Positions 20,324 through 30,642 of a stretch of DNA of 64,000 nucleotides are shown one piece after another. The stretch is taken from assembly GCA_039028615.1 (NCBI GenBank), contig JBCCHT010000043.1:41503-105502 (forward strand), read 5' to 3'. This stretch comes from Myxococcota bacterium. GTDB taxonomy: Bacteria; Myxococcota_A; Polyangia; Nannocystales; Nannocystaceae. Under the pieces are notes generated by a model, which saw only the letters and a program-made list of their open reading frames with translations, searched no databases and was not told where the DNA came from. The translations under genes and the position numbers were made by a program. Within the stretch, counting starts at the first letter, position 1. Each line of letters begins with the position of its first letter.

Positions 20324-21241
20324 TCAGGCCCCGTGCACGGCGAGGTTCGACACGCCGATGCGCAACTGCAACGTGCCCGAGCGACGCTCGACGATGTTGC
20401 CCGCGTCGCGGATCCCCGCTTTGACCAGCTGCTGGCGCGCTCGGTAGACCCACAGGTTGAGTAGCTGCAGGTCGATGCCCAGGTCCCGCACGAGATCCTC
20501 GCGATGGATCCAGCCGTGCTCGGAGTCCTTGAGGTGCTCACGCTCGCGGTCGGCCAGGCGAATGCGGGCCAGCGCCAGCAACAGCTGCGCGTGGGCACGC
20601 GGCTCGATCTCCACCTTGCCGTGCTCGTGCGAGAGCCGAACCGCCACGTACTCGCCGTCGCGGCTGACGAAGAAGTCGAGCGAGATCGCATCGAGCGGCA
20701 GCGGCCGGCTCTCTGCGTCGCGGGTCTGGTCGGACACGGTCGGCAGGTAGATCGTCCACGACACGTCGCCGACCACCACGATCTCTCGATCGCTGATGAC
20801 CTTGGTCGCGTCGCCGCTCTCCATGACCCACTGCCCGGTCGCGTCTTCGAACACGGTGACCTCGGGGTTTTCACCCGAAGGCAGGCAGAGCAGGTTGGAA
20901 TCGGCCAACACCGCCGGACCGTCGTTGCCCATCGCCATGAGGCGAGGCGGCTCGATCTCGGCCAGCGTGTAGCGGTCTTCGACGTCGCCGAACGCCAGCA
21001 ATGAACCACGACCGATCGGCTTGCGCTCGCCCGCAGCGAGTCGCGTGCCGTCGACGAAGGTGCCATTGCGACTGCCGAGGTCTTGGACCATCCAACGATC
21101 GCCATCCCAAGTGACTTCGGCGTGAAGCCCGGAGACTTGTGGCTGCGCCAAACGGAGCTGACACGCCGAGCCGCGACCCACTACGTGGTGTGCAGCAAGC
21201 ACGTGCCCAACCCCCGAACTGAGGTGCTTGAGGAGTGCCAC
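20324..21241 (-). CDS. FHA-domain protein with C-terminal putative winged-helix domain
   Basis: VGRG, VSGLHA, DLGSRNGT; C-terminal GWIHREDL...LNLWVYRARQQL...IVERR. Start uncertain (GTG 21241 chosen). Confidence 0.8.
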   Translation of the reverse strand: MALLKHLSSGVGHVLAAHHVVGRGSACQLRLAQPQVSGLHAEVTWDGDRWMVQDLGSRNGTFVDGTRLAAGERKPIGRGSLLAFGDVEDRYTLAEIEPPRLMAMGNDGPAVLADSNLLCLPSGENPEVTVFEDATGQWVMESGDATKVISDREIVVVGDVSWTIYLPTVSDQTRDAESRPLPLDAISLDFFVSRDGEYVAVRLSHEHGKVEIEPRAHAQLLLALARIRLADREREHLKDSEHGWIHREDLVRDLGIDLQLLNLWVYRARQQLVKAGIRDAGNIVERRSGTLQLRIGVSNLAVHGA

Positions 21242-21478
21242 TCGGAACACCGTATCATCTCGCGGCGAGCCCGCTGGTTGTCCGGCGCACACTTCGTGTC
21301 TGCGCCCCGTGGGTGCCCTGCTCACGAATTCACGCCTCCGGGTGTGAATTTGGGTCTAGGCCCCACGATGGGTTTCGAATATCAGGGTTCGCCGTACACG
21401 AGATTCTTCACGCCGCGGGGACGAGTTCATCGCCTTTTTTCGTGGCCCGCGAAGCCGGACTGAGACAATGGAATTCCC

Positions 21479-22846
21479 ATGACCTGGCTCCCGCTTGCCG
21501 GCCTCGTATTCGCCGCCACCACGGCGACCGCAGCGCCCGAGATCCACGAGACCGAAGCGGAACGACTCCACCGTAAAGGGGTCCACTGCATGGAGGTCAT
21601 CGAGCGCTCGGAATGCGCCATCGAGCACTTCGAAGCGCTGCTCGACTTGGACACGCGCCACCGCGAGCTGCTCACCGACGGCCTGCTCCGGCTCATCCGT
21701 CTGTATCGCAAAGAAGGTCGGGAGGAAGAGATCGGCCCGCTGCTGCGCCAGTTCTGGGACGCGGGCGGGGACCGGCGGTCCCGCGGGCACGTGCCCTACT
21801 CGGCCCGCTTCCTGCCCGTCGAGATCAACATGATGCTGAACATCGACCCGCCGCGGGTGTTGAGCTCGGCGCTGATCGAGCGGGGCGACAACGTCGGCGA
21901 GTACCTGTTCACCTGCGACGACGTCCGCCGCAACGACATCGAGATCGAGCACCGCTGGCATCGCGCCGCCAAGCGAGCCGCCGTCGAGGGCCGCGAGACC
22001 TGGGAGCTGTTCTACGAGGGTCTCGAAAAAGAGTGGGAGCGCGACCGCAAGCGGGCCGAGATGAAAGAAAAGCGAGAGAAGAAGCAGGAAGAAGGCCGGG
22101 ACGCGCCGCCTTCGCTGCTCTTCGCCGTCTCGTGTCCGCTGGTCACCGCGCTGGGGCAGACGGACAACCGCGCCTGGCGGCGCATGACCGGGGCCTCGCA
22201 TCACCGCGAGCGGGACAAGGTCGCGGCCATCTTCCAGATCGACGATCTGGATCGGCACCTCGCGTCCGCGGTGGAGGCGGGGCGCCTCGTGCCCGACGGC
22301 CCCGGCCGCTGGAGCCTGCCCGACTTCGAGTTCGGCGAGCAGACCGTGCGCATCGCCTCGCTCGATCACGACGAGCTGGTCGTCGCCCCCGTCCCCATCC
22401 TCGACCAGATGCAGGCCGCCCGGCGCAAGCGCAAGCGCAACATGAACCGCGAGCTCGACAAGCTCATCGGCAAGGTCCCCAAGGACACCGGAATGTTCGT
22501 CGTGTTCAACCAGGCTGCGCTGCGCGAGCTGGGCTTCGGCGACATCGAGAAGCGCTCGCTGCGGAGCACGCTCGAGACCCTGCTGCCGCGCCCCAAGGGC
22601 TTGCAGGTCGCCGCCGTGTTCGGCGACTCGGTCGGCATGTTCACCCGGGTGCCCACCAACTCGGCCGTCCGCGGCAAGATGCTGGTGTCGCTCGCCAACG
22701 CCCTGCTCTCCCGGAGCGCCGAGGAGGACGAAGAGTCCGCCAAGTGGATCGAGGGCCTCGACGTCGCCGAAGCCTCCGATCGCAAGGCCCTGCTGGCGAG
22801 CTACGTGCTGAGCCAAGCCCGGCTCGAAGAGATTCTCTTCGACTGA
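21479..22846 (+). CDS. Secreted hypothetical protein with N-terminal TPR-like helices
   Basis: 455-aa ORF with signal peptide (LVFAATTATAA) and typical codon usage. Confidence 0.7.
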   Translation: MTWLPLAGLVFAATTATAAPEIHETEAERLHRKGVHCMEVIERSECAIEHFEALLDLDTRHRELLTDGLLRLIRLYRKEGREEEIGPLLRQFWDAGGDRRSRGHVPYSARFLPVEINMMLNIDPPRVLSSALIERGDNVGEYLFTCDDVRRNDIEIEHRWHRAAKRAAVEGRETWELFYEGLEKEWERDRKRAEMKEKREKKQEEGRDAPPSLLFAVSCPLVTALGQTDNRAWRRMTGASHHRERDKVAAIFQIDDLDRHLASAVEAGRLVPDGPGRWSLPDFEFGEQTVRIASLDHDELVVAPVPILDQMQAARRKRKRNMNRELDKLIGKVPKDTGMFVVFNQAALRELGFGDIEKRSLRSTLETLLPRPKGLQVAAVFGDSVGMFTRVPTNSAVRGKMLVSLANALLSRSAEEDEESAKWIEGLDVAEASDRKALLASYVLSQARLEEILFD

Positions 22847-22938
22847 CGCGAGCGCCCCTAGACGCCCTGACACCGCGTTTTGCTCCGCCGGCGTCCTGGC
22901 GCCTGACAGGACGCTCCGCGGTGCTCTACGATGGGTGA

Positions 22939-24600
22939 ATGCGTCGTATTGCCCTGCTTAGTTGCCTTGGCCTCCCCCTCGCTGCCGGATGTGCGGGAGA
23001 CGACAGCCCCCCCGCCGAAGCCGGCACGACGACCGGCGATACGACCTTCGGCGAGGAGGGCAGCACCACCATGGAGCAGGGCGACAGCATGGTCGCGGAC
23101 ACCACCGCGGGTGAGGGCAGCAGCAGCAGCGGCGACGAGGGCCCCGAGCCTCCGCCCCCCCTGCCCCCGCTCGACGACGCGCCCACCACCGAGGACGAGC
23201 GCATCGTCCCCACCCACGTGATCGAGGCCCGGCCCACGCTCGACCCGCGCATTCCCGAGCAGCGCAACCAGCTGCTCGACGAGGGCTACGGCGAGTACGA
23301 CCTCGACCCGGGCGAAGCGGTCATGCCGATCACCCCCGCGGGGCGCCCCGTGCCCGAGCCGGGCCCCGGTGCCGAGCTCGTCTCTCGCTTCGTGCACCTG
23401 GCCGACACCCAGATCGCCGACGACGAGTCGCCCCTGCGGCTGATCGGGGTCGACAGCCTGTTCATCGCGGGTGGCTTCCGGCCCCAGGAGTCCTACGGCT
23501 GCATGACCACCAACGCGGCCGTGCGCACGATCAACGCCGTGAACGCCGAGACCCCGCTCGACTTCGTGGTGCTCGGGGGCGACAACGCAGACTCGGGCCA
23601 GCAAAACGAGGTGCAGTGGTTCCTCGACATCCTCGACGGCGCCCCGGTGGTGCACTGCGACTCGGGCGACGACAACGATCCCGAGCCCGGCGAGGCCAAC
23701 GACCCCAAGGACCCCATCGCCCCGGTCGGGCTCGACGTGCCGTGGATCTGGGTCACGGGCAACCACGACGTGCTCAACCAGGGCTCGCTGCCCATCGAGC
23801 CCATGCTCGAGGACGCGGTGGGCTCGAGTGTCCCCGCGGGCAACTCGAGCCGGGACTGGTCGCAGCCGGGCGGCCCCGTCTTCGACGGACCGGTGGTCCC
23901 CGACCCCGCACGGGCTCTCGTCGCGGGCACCGAGCTGCTCACCCAGGTCTCGCTCAGCGGAGACGGGCACGGCATCACCAAGGAGATCGCGGACACGGGC
24001 GTGGCCACCTACGCCTGGGACGTCGAGGGCACCGACCTGCGCATGGTGGTGGTCGACAGCACCGCGGGCTCGGGCGGCGCCCTGGGCCTGGTCACCGAGA
24101 CCGAGGTCGAAGAACGCATCCGGCCGCTGCTCGACCAGGCCGAGACCGACGGCGCGCTGGTGTTCATCTCCACCCACCACTGCTCCAACTCGCTGTCCGA
24201 CGGCTCGGGTCTCGGGGTCGAACCTGCGCCCGATCCGATCGAGCCCGCCGACTGGCAGGCGTTCCTCGGCGAGTACCCCAACGTGCTCGCGCACCTGTGC
24301 GGCCACTCGCACGTGCACCAAGCCGAGTACATCCAACCCGTCGGCACCCGCGGTTACTGGGAGATCATCACCGCCGCGATCGCCGACTGGCCGCACCAGA
24401 TGCGCCTGGTCGAGGTCCACGATCAGGACAACGGTTGGTACACGCTCACGGGCATCGCCTTCGACCTGTCGACCGAGGGTGATCCCCTCGCCGAGCAGGG
24501 TCGCGCGCTCGGCATCTTGGACTTCACCTCCGGCTGGCAGCTCGACGGGTCGGGGACTCCCTCGGATCGCAACGTCCAGCTTTGGATCGAAGCCCCGTAG
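22939..24600 (+). CDS. Calcineurin-like metallophosphoesterase lipoprotein
   Basis: Lipobox AAGC; HLADTQ, GGDNAD, GNHD, THH, GHSH. Confidence 0.88.
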   Translation: MRRIALLSCLGLPLAAGCAGDDSPPAEAGTTTGDTTFGEEGSTTMEQGDSMVADTTAGEGSSSSGDEGPEPPPPLPPLDDAPTTEDERIVPTHVIEARPTLDPRIPEQRNQLLDEGYGEYDLDPGEAVMPITPAGRPVPEPGPGAELVSRFVHLADTQIADDESPLRLIGVDSLFIAGGFRPQESYGCMTTNAAVRTINAVNAETPLDFVVLGGDNADSGQQNEVQWFLDILDGAPVVHCDSGDDNDPEPGEANDPKDPIAPVGLDVPWIWVTGNHDVLNQGSLPIEPMLEDAVGSSVPAGNSSRDWSQPGGPVFDGPVVPDPARALVAGTELLTQVSLSGDGHGITKEIADTGVATYAWDVEGTDLRMVVVDSTAGSGGALGLVTETEVEERIRPLLDQAETDGALVFISTHHCSNSLSDGSGLGVEPAPDPIEPADWQAFLGEYPNVLAHLCGHSHVHQAEYIQPVGTRGYWEIITAAIADWPHQMRLVEVHDQDNGWYTLTGIAFDLSTEGDPLAEQGRALGILDFTSGWQLDGSGTPSDRNVQLWIEAP

Positions 24601-24627
24601 CGGGCGCGGGTGCTACCATCGTCCGGC

Positions 24628-25251
24628 GTGCCCACGGATTTCGAGCTCCTCGAGGCATGGCGTGCGGGTGACCGCATGGCCGGCAACTCGCTCTTCGATC
24701 GCTACTTCGACAGCCTGTTTCGGTTCTTCCGCAACAAGGCCAACGAGAACGCGGACGACTTGGTGCAGCAGACCTTCTTGGCCTGTGTGAAGAGCCGTGA
24801 GCACTTCCGTGGAGACGCCAGCTTTCGTACCTACCTGTTCACCGCCGCGCGCAGCAAGCTCTACGACCACCTCAACAAGCGCCGCCGCGAAGAGGGCATC
24901 GACTACGGCGTGACCTCCTGCGCCGACCTCGGCATCTCGCCCACGGGCATCATCGCCAACGACGAGCAGCAGCGCGTGCTCCTGGCCGCCCTACGGCAGC
25001 TGCCCGTCGATCTCCAGGTCGCCCTCGAGCTGTACTACTTCGAACAGATTCGGGGACCCGAGCTCGCCATCGTCCTCGACGTCCCCGAGGGCACCGTGCG
25101 CAGCCGCCTGCGTCGTGGCCGCGACATCCTGCGCCAGCGCCTCGAAGAGCTGATGGCCAACCCCAAGGTCGTCGAGAGCACCATGACCGACCTCGACTCG
25201 TGGGCCAAGGCGCTGCGCGACAACGTGCTCGGCCCGGGCGGCGACAATTAG
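24628..25251 (+). CDS. ECF-type RNA polymerase sigma factor
   Basis: Region 2 ADDLVQQTF, FRTYLF; region 4 ELAIVLDVPEGTVRSRLRRGR. Confidence 0.9.
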   Translation: MPTDFELLEAWRAGDRMAGNSLFDRYFDSLFRFFRNKANENADDLVQQTFLACVKSREHFRGDASFRTYLFTAARSKLYDHLNKRRREEGIDYGVTSCADLGISPTGIIANDEQQRVLLAALRQLPVDLQVALELYYFEQIRGPELAIVLDVPEGTVRSRLRRGRDILRQRLEELMANPKVVESTMTDLDSWAKALRDNVLGPGGDN

Positions 25252-25316
25252 CGTCGGGTCCTATTTTTTTTCGCGGGCGCCGTCATCGGGCCCGATCGCC
25301 GCGGCAATGAGGGGCC

Positions 25317-26015
25317 ATGCGCTTCCCGATGCTCCTCGCCGCCCTCTCTCTGACCGGTTCGTTCGCGTCCGGCTGCTCCGTCGAGACCGTGGACGACCCC
25401 ACGCCCACGATGGCGGAGGAGACCCTGCACCCGCGCGCCGCCGGCAGTGAGCAGCTGCAGCAGGCCATGGCTCAGGTGGACCTCGCGGTCGAGATGCTGA
25501 CCACCACTCCCGAGCCCGATATCCCTTGGGTCCTCGACGAGGTGCAGGAAATCGCCGCGGAAATCGACTTCGTGACGCTGAGCGAGTCGGAGCAGAAGCT
25601 GCTCGACGAGTACGTCAAATCCAAGAAGGACGAAGTCCTGCCCGTGCTCTCGCTCATCAACGGACACGGCGTGCCCTTCGATGACGACCCGTTCACCCCG
25701 TCCCCGCAGGACGGGCTGTGCTCCGCCTATTGCCTGCTCTTCTTCCAGTTCGCGTGCGAGGACGGCACCTTCATGGGTCTGTGTCTCGGGGCGTGGGACT
25801 GCGGCGACCAGATGGGCCTCCACGAGTGCGGCAACGCGGTGCCCGAGGTTCCGGGCGACTGCGGCGGAGACGTCTGCGACGCCGACGAGCGCTGTGCCCG
25901 CTGGGTCTTCAAGCCGCACGAGTGCGTCGAGACCTGCGACGACGACAGCGACTGCTCGAACCCGGCGCATCAGTGCAAGCAGCCGATCGGCACGTCGTTC
26001 AAGCGCTGCAAGTAA
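25317..26015 (+). CDS. Lipoprotein with Cys-rich C-terminus
   Basis: Lipobox ASGC, GAGGGG RBS, many Cys in the last ~105 aa. Confidence 0.75.
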   Translation: MRFPMLLAALSLTGSFASGCSVETVDDPTPTMAEETLHPRAAGSEQLQQAMAQVDLAVEMLTTTPEPDIPWVLDEVQEIAAEIDFVTLSESEQKLLDEYVKSKKDEVLPVLSLINGHGVPFDDDPFTPSPQDGLCSAYCLLFFQFACEDGTFMGLCLGAWDCGDQMGLHECGNAVPEVPGDCGGDVCDADERCARWVFKPHECVETCDDDSDCSNPAHQCKQPIGTSFKRCK

Positions 26016-26043
26016 CCCGATCGGATTCATCGGGGGATTCGAC

Positions 26044-26091
26044 CAGGAAACGTGGCGCGGCGGGGGATGGGCCCGTCGCGCCCGTTTCCTG
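26044..26091. terminator. Long hairpin between convergent genes (probable bidirectional terminator)
   Basis: CAGGAAACG-T-GGCGCGGCGGG / CCCGTCGCGCC-CGTTTCCTG. Confidence 0.55.
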
Positions 26092-26160
26092 AGCTCGATG
26101 GGGGCGCTACGAGACCGTGCGCCGCATGATCAGCTTCGCCTTCCGAGATGTCCGCAGCGG

Positions 26161-28746
26161 CTAGCCGACCACCTGGACCGTCACGTCGTTGTGGATGAGC
26201 ACGAACAGGTCGGTCCCGGGGATGGTGTAGCGCTGGAAGTCGCCGTGGAGTACGGGGCCGAACCAGTCGCCGCCGTCCAGCCAGACCACGTCATCGGCAT
26301 CGCCGTAGATGTGGATGTCGTTGGTCGTCTCCGAGAGGTTCAGCAGGTCGAGGGCCGAGGTGATGAGCGAGGTCGGGCCGTCGGGGCTGAGCTGGATCGC
26401 TTCGATGCTCGACAGCGGGATGGTGTCGAAGGCCGTGAGGTCGAGATCCACGCCCGCGCTCAGGGCCAGGGTGTCCGTGCCCAAGCCGCCGTCGAAGTGG
26501 TGGAGGTTGAGATCGGCGAGGACCAGCGTGTCGTCGCCTTGGCCCGCGAAGATCACGTCGGGGCCGCCGTCGCTGTAGATGATGTCGTCGCCGCGGCCCG
26601 CCACGAGGGTGTCCGCCGCGAGCCCGCGGGGGGCGTGCAGGGTGTCGTCGAGGTCTGTGCCCTGGCGGGTGGTGGTGCCCGTGATGTCGTCGCCGAAGAT
26701 CAGGTAGGTCTCGCCCGAAGACGACAGGGAATTGGGATCCGCTCCGTAGGCGCCGATCAGGATGTCTCCGTAGCCATCGCCATCGACGTCTCCAGCCGCA
26801 CTCACGGAGCGCCCTGCGAAGTCATCGGGGCTGATGCCCTCGAAGCGAAGATCGGCTTCGGTGACGCTCAGAAGTGGTGGCAGCACCGGTCCGCCGAGGA
26901 TCAAGTACACCTCCCCACGTTCTTCGTCTCCATCGATATCGGTCTCCGCCGCGCCGATGAGCAAGTCGGCAAAGCCATCGCCGTTGAAATCCCCGGCACC
27001 ACTGAGCGCTGCTCCACTGCGGGCGAGGTACTGCACCCCCGGGACTCTGACGTCGGCCATCGCCAGGTCGATCACGGGAGGAACCGCGGGCCCGCCGTAG
27101 ACGACAAAGCTCTGCCCGGCTTGGGCGAAGGTATCGACCTCGGTGCGGGGTGCTGCGACCACGACATCGTCGTACCCATCGCCATTGACGTCGCCCACGC
27201 CACTGACCACCTCGCCCGCGTCCGCGCTCGCATCGAAGCCATCGAGGCGAACATCGGCGTCGGCCAGGGAGAGCACGGCCGGCAAGTCCGGGGCGCCGTA
27301 GATGATGTAGGTCTCTCCGGTGTTCGCGACCGTGGGTAGGTCGGCATCAGGCGCTCCGATCAGGAGGTCGGCGTAGCCGTCACCGTTGAAGTCTCCGGCC
27401 GAGCTGACGGAGGTGCCCGAGATGTCCGAGCTGTCGATTCCGTCGAAGCGGACGTCGGCCCCCGTCAGCCAGAGTTGTGAGGCCATGTTCTCTCCTCCGA
27501 AGAGCAGATACGACGCTCCCGTGAAGCTCTGCCCTGCCTCATCAGCCCCGTACGCACCGATGATGATGTCGTCCCACCCATCGCCGTTCACGTCCCCCGC
27601 CCCGGCCAGGTCCCATCCCGAGAAATCACTCGAGTCGACCCCTCTCGCCACCATGTCGGCGTTGCCGAGAGACCACGGGGATACCAGCGCTGCGCCGCCA
27701 GTCACCAGGTAGCTCTCCCCGCCGTTGCTCCCCGTCAGCTCTGCATTGGGTGCACCGATGAGGAAATCGGCGAGCGTATCCCCGTCCACATCGCCAGCGA
27801 ACGCCACCACATGCCCGGAGTAGTCGTTTTGATTGACACCCTCGAACACGAACACGGCTGTGCCCAGCGGGACGACGGGCGGCAGCGCGGGTCCACCATG
27901 CACGAGATAGGTCCGCCCGGCATTGGTCCCCGTGTCCGGATCGGAGTACCGCGCTCCGACCACGATGTCGTGGTAGCCGTCGCCGTTGAAGTCCCCTCCG
28001 CCAGCCACCGACCAACCCGACTGCTCACCCGACTCATCCCCTTGGAGCCGCACCCCCTTTCGCCCCAGCTCCCCCAGCCCCACGACCCCATCCTCGGCCT
28101 GGAGCACGATGCGAACCTCCGCCGTATCCGTCTGCCCCGCCTCGTCGGCCACCGTGTAGGAAAACGAGTCCGAGCCATACGGAAGGTCCCCGGGCGGCAG
28201 ATACGAAAACCCGCCCGTCGCCGGATCGAGCACCACCATCCCACCCTCGACCGTCATCGGATCCCACGCCACCACCGAGAGCATCGAGCCCTCCGGATCG
28301 ACATCGTTGGCCAAGATCCCATCGACCTGCTCGACCTCGAGCACCTGCCCAGCGATGCCGACGTGCGGCCCATCGTCGACCGCGACCGGAGGCTCGTCGA
28401 CGGGTGCTGCCCCCGTGCTCCCCGTCTCCTCCCCCGTATCGCCATCCGTGCCCGTATCCGGGTCGATTCCGCCAGAGCTCGTGCTCTCGGCCTCGTCCGC
28501 GGTGGTCCCCTCGTCCGTCTCGTCGCCGCCTCCCGTGGTGTCCACCGCGTCGTCGGCTCCGCTCGGCACCGCGCCCGTCGACGCCAGGTCGGCCCCGGAA
28601 GGCTCCCCCTGCGTCGCCCCCTGCGACGATCCTCCGCCGTCGGCGACGACGTCGTCACCCGGATCGAAGCACGCCCCGGTCAGGAGGTTCATCGCGGCCA
28701 GGCTCGCCACGATCGACATTCGCTCGACTCCACGGAACTGGTTCAC
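26161..28746 (-). CDS. Lipoprotein with Ig-like domain, FG-GAP (integrin-alpha) beta-propeller and RTX-like tail
   Basis: Lipobox TGAC; PPVAVDD...LANDVDPEG...DSFSYTV; about 7 repeats of AGD[FV]NGDG..D..IGA; GRGDD/GQGDD Ca-binding repeats. Start may be 28719. Confidence 0.88.
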   Translation of the reverse strand: MNQFRGVERMSIVASLAAMNLLTGACFDPGDDVVADGGGSSQGATQGEPSGADLASTGAVPSGADDAVDTTGGGDETDEGTTADEAESTSSGGIDPDTGTDGDTGEETGSTGAAPVDEPPVAVDDGPHVGIAGQVLEVEQVDGILANDVDPEGSMLSVVAWDPMTVEGGMVVLDPATGGFSYLPPGDLPYGSDSFSYTVADEAGQTDTAEVRIVLQAEDGVVGLGELGRKGVRLQGDESGEQSGWSVAGGGDFNGDGYHDIVVGARYSDPDTGTNAGRTYLVHGGPALPPVVPLGTAVFVFEGVNQNDYSGHVVAFAGDVDGDTLADFLIGAPNAELTGSNGGESYLVTGGAALVSPWSLGNADMVARGVDSSDFSGWDLAGAGDVNGDGWDDIIIGAYGADEAGQSFTGASYLLFGGENMASQLWLTGADVRFDGIDSSDISGTSVSSAGDFNGDGYADLLIGAPDADLPTVANTGETYIIYGAPDLPAVLSLADADVRLDGFDASADAGEVVSGVGDVNGDGYDDVVVAAPRTEVDTFAQAGQSFVVYGGPAVPPVIDLAMADVRVPGVQYLARSGAALSGAGDFNGDGFADLLIGAAETDIDGDEERGEVYLILGGPVLPPLLSVTEADLRFEGISPDDFAGRSVSAAGDVDGDGYGDILIGAYGADPNSLSSSGETYLIFGDDITGTTTRQGTDLDDTLHAPRGLAADTLVAGRGDDIIYSDGGPDVIFAGQGDDTLVLADLNLHHFDGGLGTDTLALSAGVDLDLTAFDTIPLSSIEAIQLSPDGPTSLITSALDLLNLSETTNDIHIYGDADDVVWLDGGDWFGPVLHGDFQRYTIPGTDLFVLIHNDVTVQVVG

Positions 28747-28824
28747 GCGGACTGATATCGAGACCGTGAGCCACTCCTGACGCCCCCCTCGTTTTTCGAA
28801 TGATGTGAGGGCTCGGCGCCCGTC

Positions 28825-29349
28825 TCACCGGGCCGAACGCAGCGGCCCGCCCTTGGGCCCACGTGTGACGTCGGCATCCACGTAGTCGGGCCAGGTCGGT
28901 CGATGCTGATGGTCGAACACCAGCGAGGTCTCCACATGACCGATCGCCTCGTGCCCCGAGATGCGCTCCGCCACCAGCCGCCGCAAGTGCTCGACGTCCT
29001 GAACCGCCACGTGCACGAGAAAGTCGTGGGAGCCGGCGACATAGAACACGTCGATCACCTCGGGGATGTCTTGGACGTGGGCCCCGAAGTCGTCGAGCAG
29101 GGTGGTCGCGTGCCGAGCCATGCGGACGAACACGATCGCCCGCAGCCCGATCCCGAACGCGGCCGGGCGCACGTCGGCATGGAAGCCTCGGACCCATCCC
29201 TCGTCGACCAGTCTCTTCACCCGCACGTGGCAGGTGGACGGCGCGAGACCGACCTCCGCCGCGAGCTCCTTGTTGGACATCCGAGCATCCTTCGAAAGCA
29301 GGCCGAGCAACTGACGATCGATTCGGTCGAGGGGCGCGTTTTCGGACAT
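28825..29349 (-). CDS. Lrp/AsnC family transcriptional regulator
   Basis: LDRIDRQLL...DARMSNKELAAEVGLAPSTC..RVKRL; VAGSHDFL. Confidence 0.93.
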   Translation of the reverse strand: MSENAPLDRIDRQLLGLLSKDARMSNKELAAEVGLAPSTCHVRVKRLVDEGWVRGFHADVRPAAFGIGLRAIVFVRMARHATTLLDDFGAHVQDIPEVIDVFYVAGSHDFLVHVAVQDVEHLRRLVAERISGHEAIGHVETSLVFDHQHRPTWPDYVDADVTRGPKGGPLRSAR

Positions 29350-29404
29350 CGAACGAAGATTATTCGATGGAACAAAGCTCAGGGCAGACTATTTTCGACA
29401 ACAA

Positions 29405-30628
29405 GTGCAGAACCACGAACAAAGGGCCAATAGCGCCCGTTTCGTGCTGGCCCTGGCCGAGCAGCTCCACGAGCACGGGACGCCCGCCCACCAGCTCGAG
29501 CAGAGCCTGGCCGCGGTGGCGAGCGCGCTGGGCCTGCGCTCGTGCCAGTTCCTGTCCACCCCGACCGCCATGCACATGGCGATCGGTGACGGGGCGGCGC
29601 AGCAGGTGTTCCTGCGGCGGGCCCAGGGCGCACGCTTCGACCTCGAGACCCTCGCCGGACTCGATGCGATCGTCGACGAGGTCGTCGCCGGTCGGCTGAC
29701 GGCAGCAGAGGCCGAGCGTCGCCTGGCCGCGCTGCACAACCGAAGCCCGCGCTACGGCGCCCGAGCCATGCGCTGGGCGTCGGCGGGCGCCTCGGGTACG
29801 GCCGCCATTTTTCTCGGCGGCGGCATCATCGAGATGCTCGCCGCCAGCCTGCTCGGCTACGGCGTGGGCACGCTCGCCCAGTGGACCGCCCTGCGCCCGC
29901 GGGCCCGCACCGTGCACGAACCGCTGACCGCGTTCGCGGCCTCGGCCTTCGTGACCGTGGCCGGCGTGCTGCTCCCCGGCCTCAACGATGGCGTGGTGTT
30001 GGTCTCCGCGTTGATCATGCTCGTGCCCGGCTTGTCGCTGACCATCGCCATGACCGAGCTGGCGGGTGGGCATCTCGTGTCGGGTACCGCTCGCCTCGCG
30101 GGCGCCATGACCCTGATGCTCACCATGCTCTTCGGCGCCGCGTTGGGGCGTCAGCTGGCCAACGCCATCGCGCTGCCCGCCCTGATGCCGCTGCCGCTGA
30201 TCGAGCTCCCGCCCGGCACCTGGCTGGCAGCGATGGCCGCCGCCACCACGGCGTTCACCGTGCTGCTCGGCGCCCGCCCCCGCGACTGCGGCTGGATCGC
30301 GATCGCATGCGGCCTGGGCTTCGTCGCGGCATCGATGGGCGGCGACGCGCTCGGACCGGAGCTCGGAGCCTTCGCCGGCTCGATGGCGGTGGGCCTGGTC
30401 AGCAACGTCTTCGCCCGCCACCGCCGACGGCCCGCCACGTTGCTGCGCCTGCCCGGCTTGCTGCTGCTCGTCCCCGGCAGCCTCGGCTTTCGCAGCCTCA
30501 GCTCACTGCTGGAAGCGGACACCATCGCGGGCACGGACGGCCTGTTCCGCGCGGCCCTGGTCACCGTGGCCCTGGCCATCGGCATGTTCGCCGCCGACCT
30601 GCTCGTCTCCCCGCGACGCACCCTGTGA
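29405..30628 (+). CDS. ThrE-family threonine/serine exporter
   Basis: LHEHGTPAHQLE, LVPGL...ELAGGHLVSG, LLLVPGS. Divergent from the Lrp gene. Confidence 0.88.
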   Translation: MQNHEQRANSARFVLALAEQLHEHGTPAHQLEQSLAAVASALGLRSCQFLSTPTAMHMAIGDGAAQQVFLRRAQGARFDLETLAGLDAIVDEVVAGRLTAAEAERRLAALHNRSPRYGARAMRWASAGASGTAAIFLGGGIIEMLAASLLGYGVGTLAQWTALRPRARTVHEPLTAFAASAFVTVAGVLLPGLNDGVVLVSALIMLVPGLSLTIAMTELAGGHLVSGTARLAGAMTLMLTMLFGAALGRQLANAIALPALMPLPLIELPPGTWLAAMAAATTAFTVLLGARPRDCGWIAIACGLGFVAASMGGDALGPELGAFAGSMAVGLVSNVFARHRRRPATLLRLPGLLLLVPGSLGFRSLSSLLEADTIAGTDGLFRAALVTVALAIGMFAADLLVSPRRTL

Positions 30629-30642
30629 CCGGAGCGACCGCG

